A stretch of 63,468 nucleotides of DNA, counting the filler, from Perkinsus chesapeaki ATCC PRA-425 (taxonomy: Eukaryota; Protista; Perkinsozoa): assembly GCA_013115145.1 (NCBI GenBank). It is 7 parts of 7 records of this genome, joined end to end, with 100 filler letters (N's around TTAATTAATTAA, not from the genome) between each part and the next. Parts side by side here need not be neighbours in the genome. Positions count along the whole stretch, not along the records: positions 62,427 to 63,468 come from JAAPAO010002262.1; 6 more parts are not named here. The stretch is one strand, 5' to 3'. Positions 62,493 through 63,468 of this stretch are shown here, piece by piece. The translations under genes and the position numbers were made by a program. The number at the start of each line of letters is the position of its first letter. Position 1 is the stretch's first letter. The notes under the pieces are model-generated. The model made no database searches and had not been told where the DNA came from. It was given only the letters and a program-made list of their open reading frames with translations.

Positions 62493-63458
62493 TTACTCCT
62501 CTCTCTTTCTCTTGCCTGGCCCATCCACCTTACTCCCCTGAGATTTAGAGTCATGTTGCCAAGGGAAGAAAATACACTTCTTCTTTGGCAGATACGGGCA
62601 CTCCTCCTTGAAGAACTTGCACTTTCCCGACCGACCCCTTTCTCCGCTCGTAGTAGAGGCTACCCTTGATTCCGGGGCCTGTCCTGAACCCGACCTAGTA
62701 GGAAGAGGTTTCAACGCGGACAAACAAACTAAGTCCGTAGCTGCAAACTCCTCAACTCTTGATAGTACCATCCCAACACTCTCAGAATATGACTTATTCT
62801 CCATCTGGCTTAGCCTATGGCTAAGAGTACTCAACCTTTTCCGGAAGGACTTGTCCACAGCCAAGCATGCCGCCTCGCCAGACGTTAGGAGGACTTTTGA
62901 GAGGTAGGCCAGATACTTTTGAGAGGTAGGCCAGATGGCTCCCACCTTGCTGTCAATAGCAACTTCCACCGCAGTGAGCCAGCCCGCTAGCACCAAAACC
63001 AGCTCGCCGAAGGAAGTTGGTTCTTTGGTAGCACTCTGCTTGCGGACATGTACCGTCCTGCCGTCCGGTGTCTCCCTTGCTTCAACCGCTTCCACCTCCG
63101 TAACACGATCGACGGACACCCGGAGGGTCTTGTAGGAACCAGGGTCATCAAAAATACTCCTCAACATTAATGCATCCACCGACAGGTTGCTGCTGATGAA
63201 ACCGCCGAACTTCGAGCTCGCCCTCTGTAGGTAATCCGAACGGATCTGAGCTACCGGAAGCCGTTTCCCGGATATAGCGTCCAAGACATACTTGAGCTCG
63301 ACCTTAGCCCTCTCCTGTGCCATGCACCGTTTGACTTTCTGGTGATCCGTCTCGTCTACTTCCACCGGATAAAGCTTCTTATTGAAGGCCTCCAACAAAA
63401 CCTCATTGTTCATGACGCCCTCAACATCTGAGAACTTCTCCGCTCCCACAGATCGCAA
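62493..63458 (-). mobile_element. Probable DIRS/Ngaro-like gag (ORF1) with a C-terminal CCCH-like finger; 5' end beyond the window
   Basis: Intronless. SFGELVLVLAGWLTAV...YLAYLSKV...CLAVDKSFR resembles the YR-retrotransposon gag core. CKFFKEECPYLPKKKCIFFPWQH at the C-terminus. Confidence 0.6.
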
Positions 63459-63468
63459 CGCGGAAACG

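Noticed and set aside
1-63468. A single multi-gene system spanning the window (e.g. LIG4 + YR + FLYWCH + palindromes)
   Set aside because: The components lie on separate contigs joined artificially, so co-location cannot be used as evidence.

Overview
Eukaryotic draft-genome pseudomolecule. It is not a prokaryotic locus: there is no CRISPR array and no rRNA or tRNA gene that I can support. Six N44-TTAATTAATTAA-N44 six-frame-stop linkers (13576-13675, 21497-21596, 40035-40134, 59077-59176, 60526-60625, 62327-62426) join seven contigs, so adjacency across them is artificial. Four plain N gaps sit inside collapsed repeats. Short GT-AG introns (about 26-55 nt), helical-repeat proteins and the retroelement mix suggest an alveolate protist, most likely Perkinsus (inference, not verified). 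Contig 1: a secreted NHL beta-propeller protein with a duplicated Cys-rich domain, its decayed paralog, and HPR/FASTK-like helical-repeat exons. Contig 2: two RING-H2 ligases, a hydroxylysine-kinase-like gene, a LINE-like remnant and a palindrome-dense end. Contig 3: a nest of decayed BEL/Pao, Gypsy and DIRS/Ngaro retrotransposons that switches abruptly to an AT-rich housekeeping block (TAPT1, RPL6, RPS15, Cir_N/Slu7-like, COPI-associated, cyclophilin, LIG4). Contig 4: two FLYWCH ORFs, helical-repeat genes and a GST, with introns built from a periodic, self-complementary GAAATTTTCC motif. Contigs 5-7: a BEL/Pao pol fragment, an unresolved contig and an Ngaro-like gag. The most unusual signals are chains of overlapping palindromes centred on a single base, the periodic palindromic mini-introns, the sharp compositional boundary, and the unnamed Cys-rich repeat domain.
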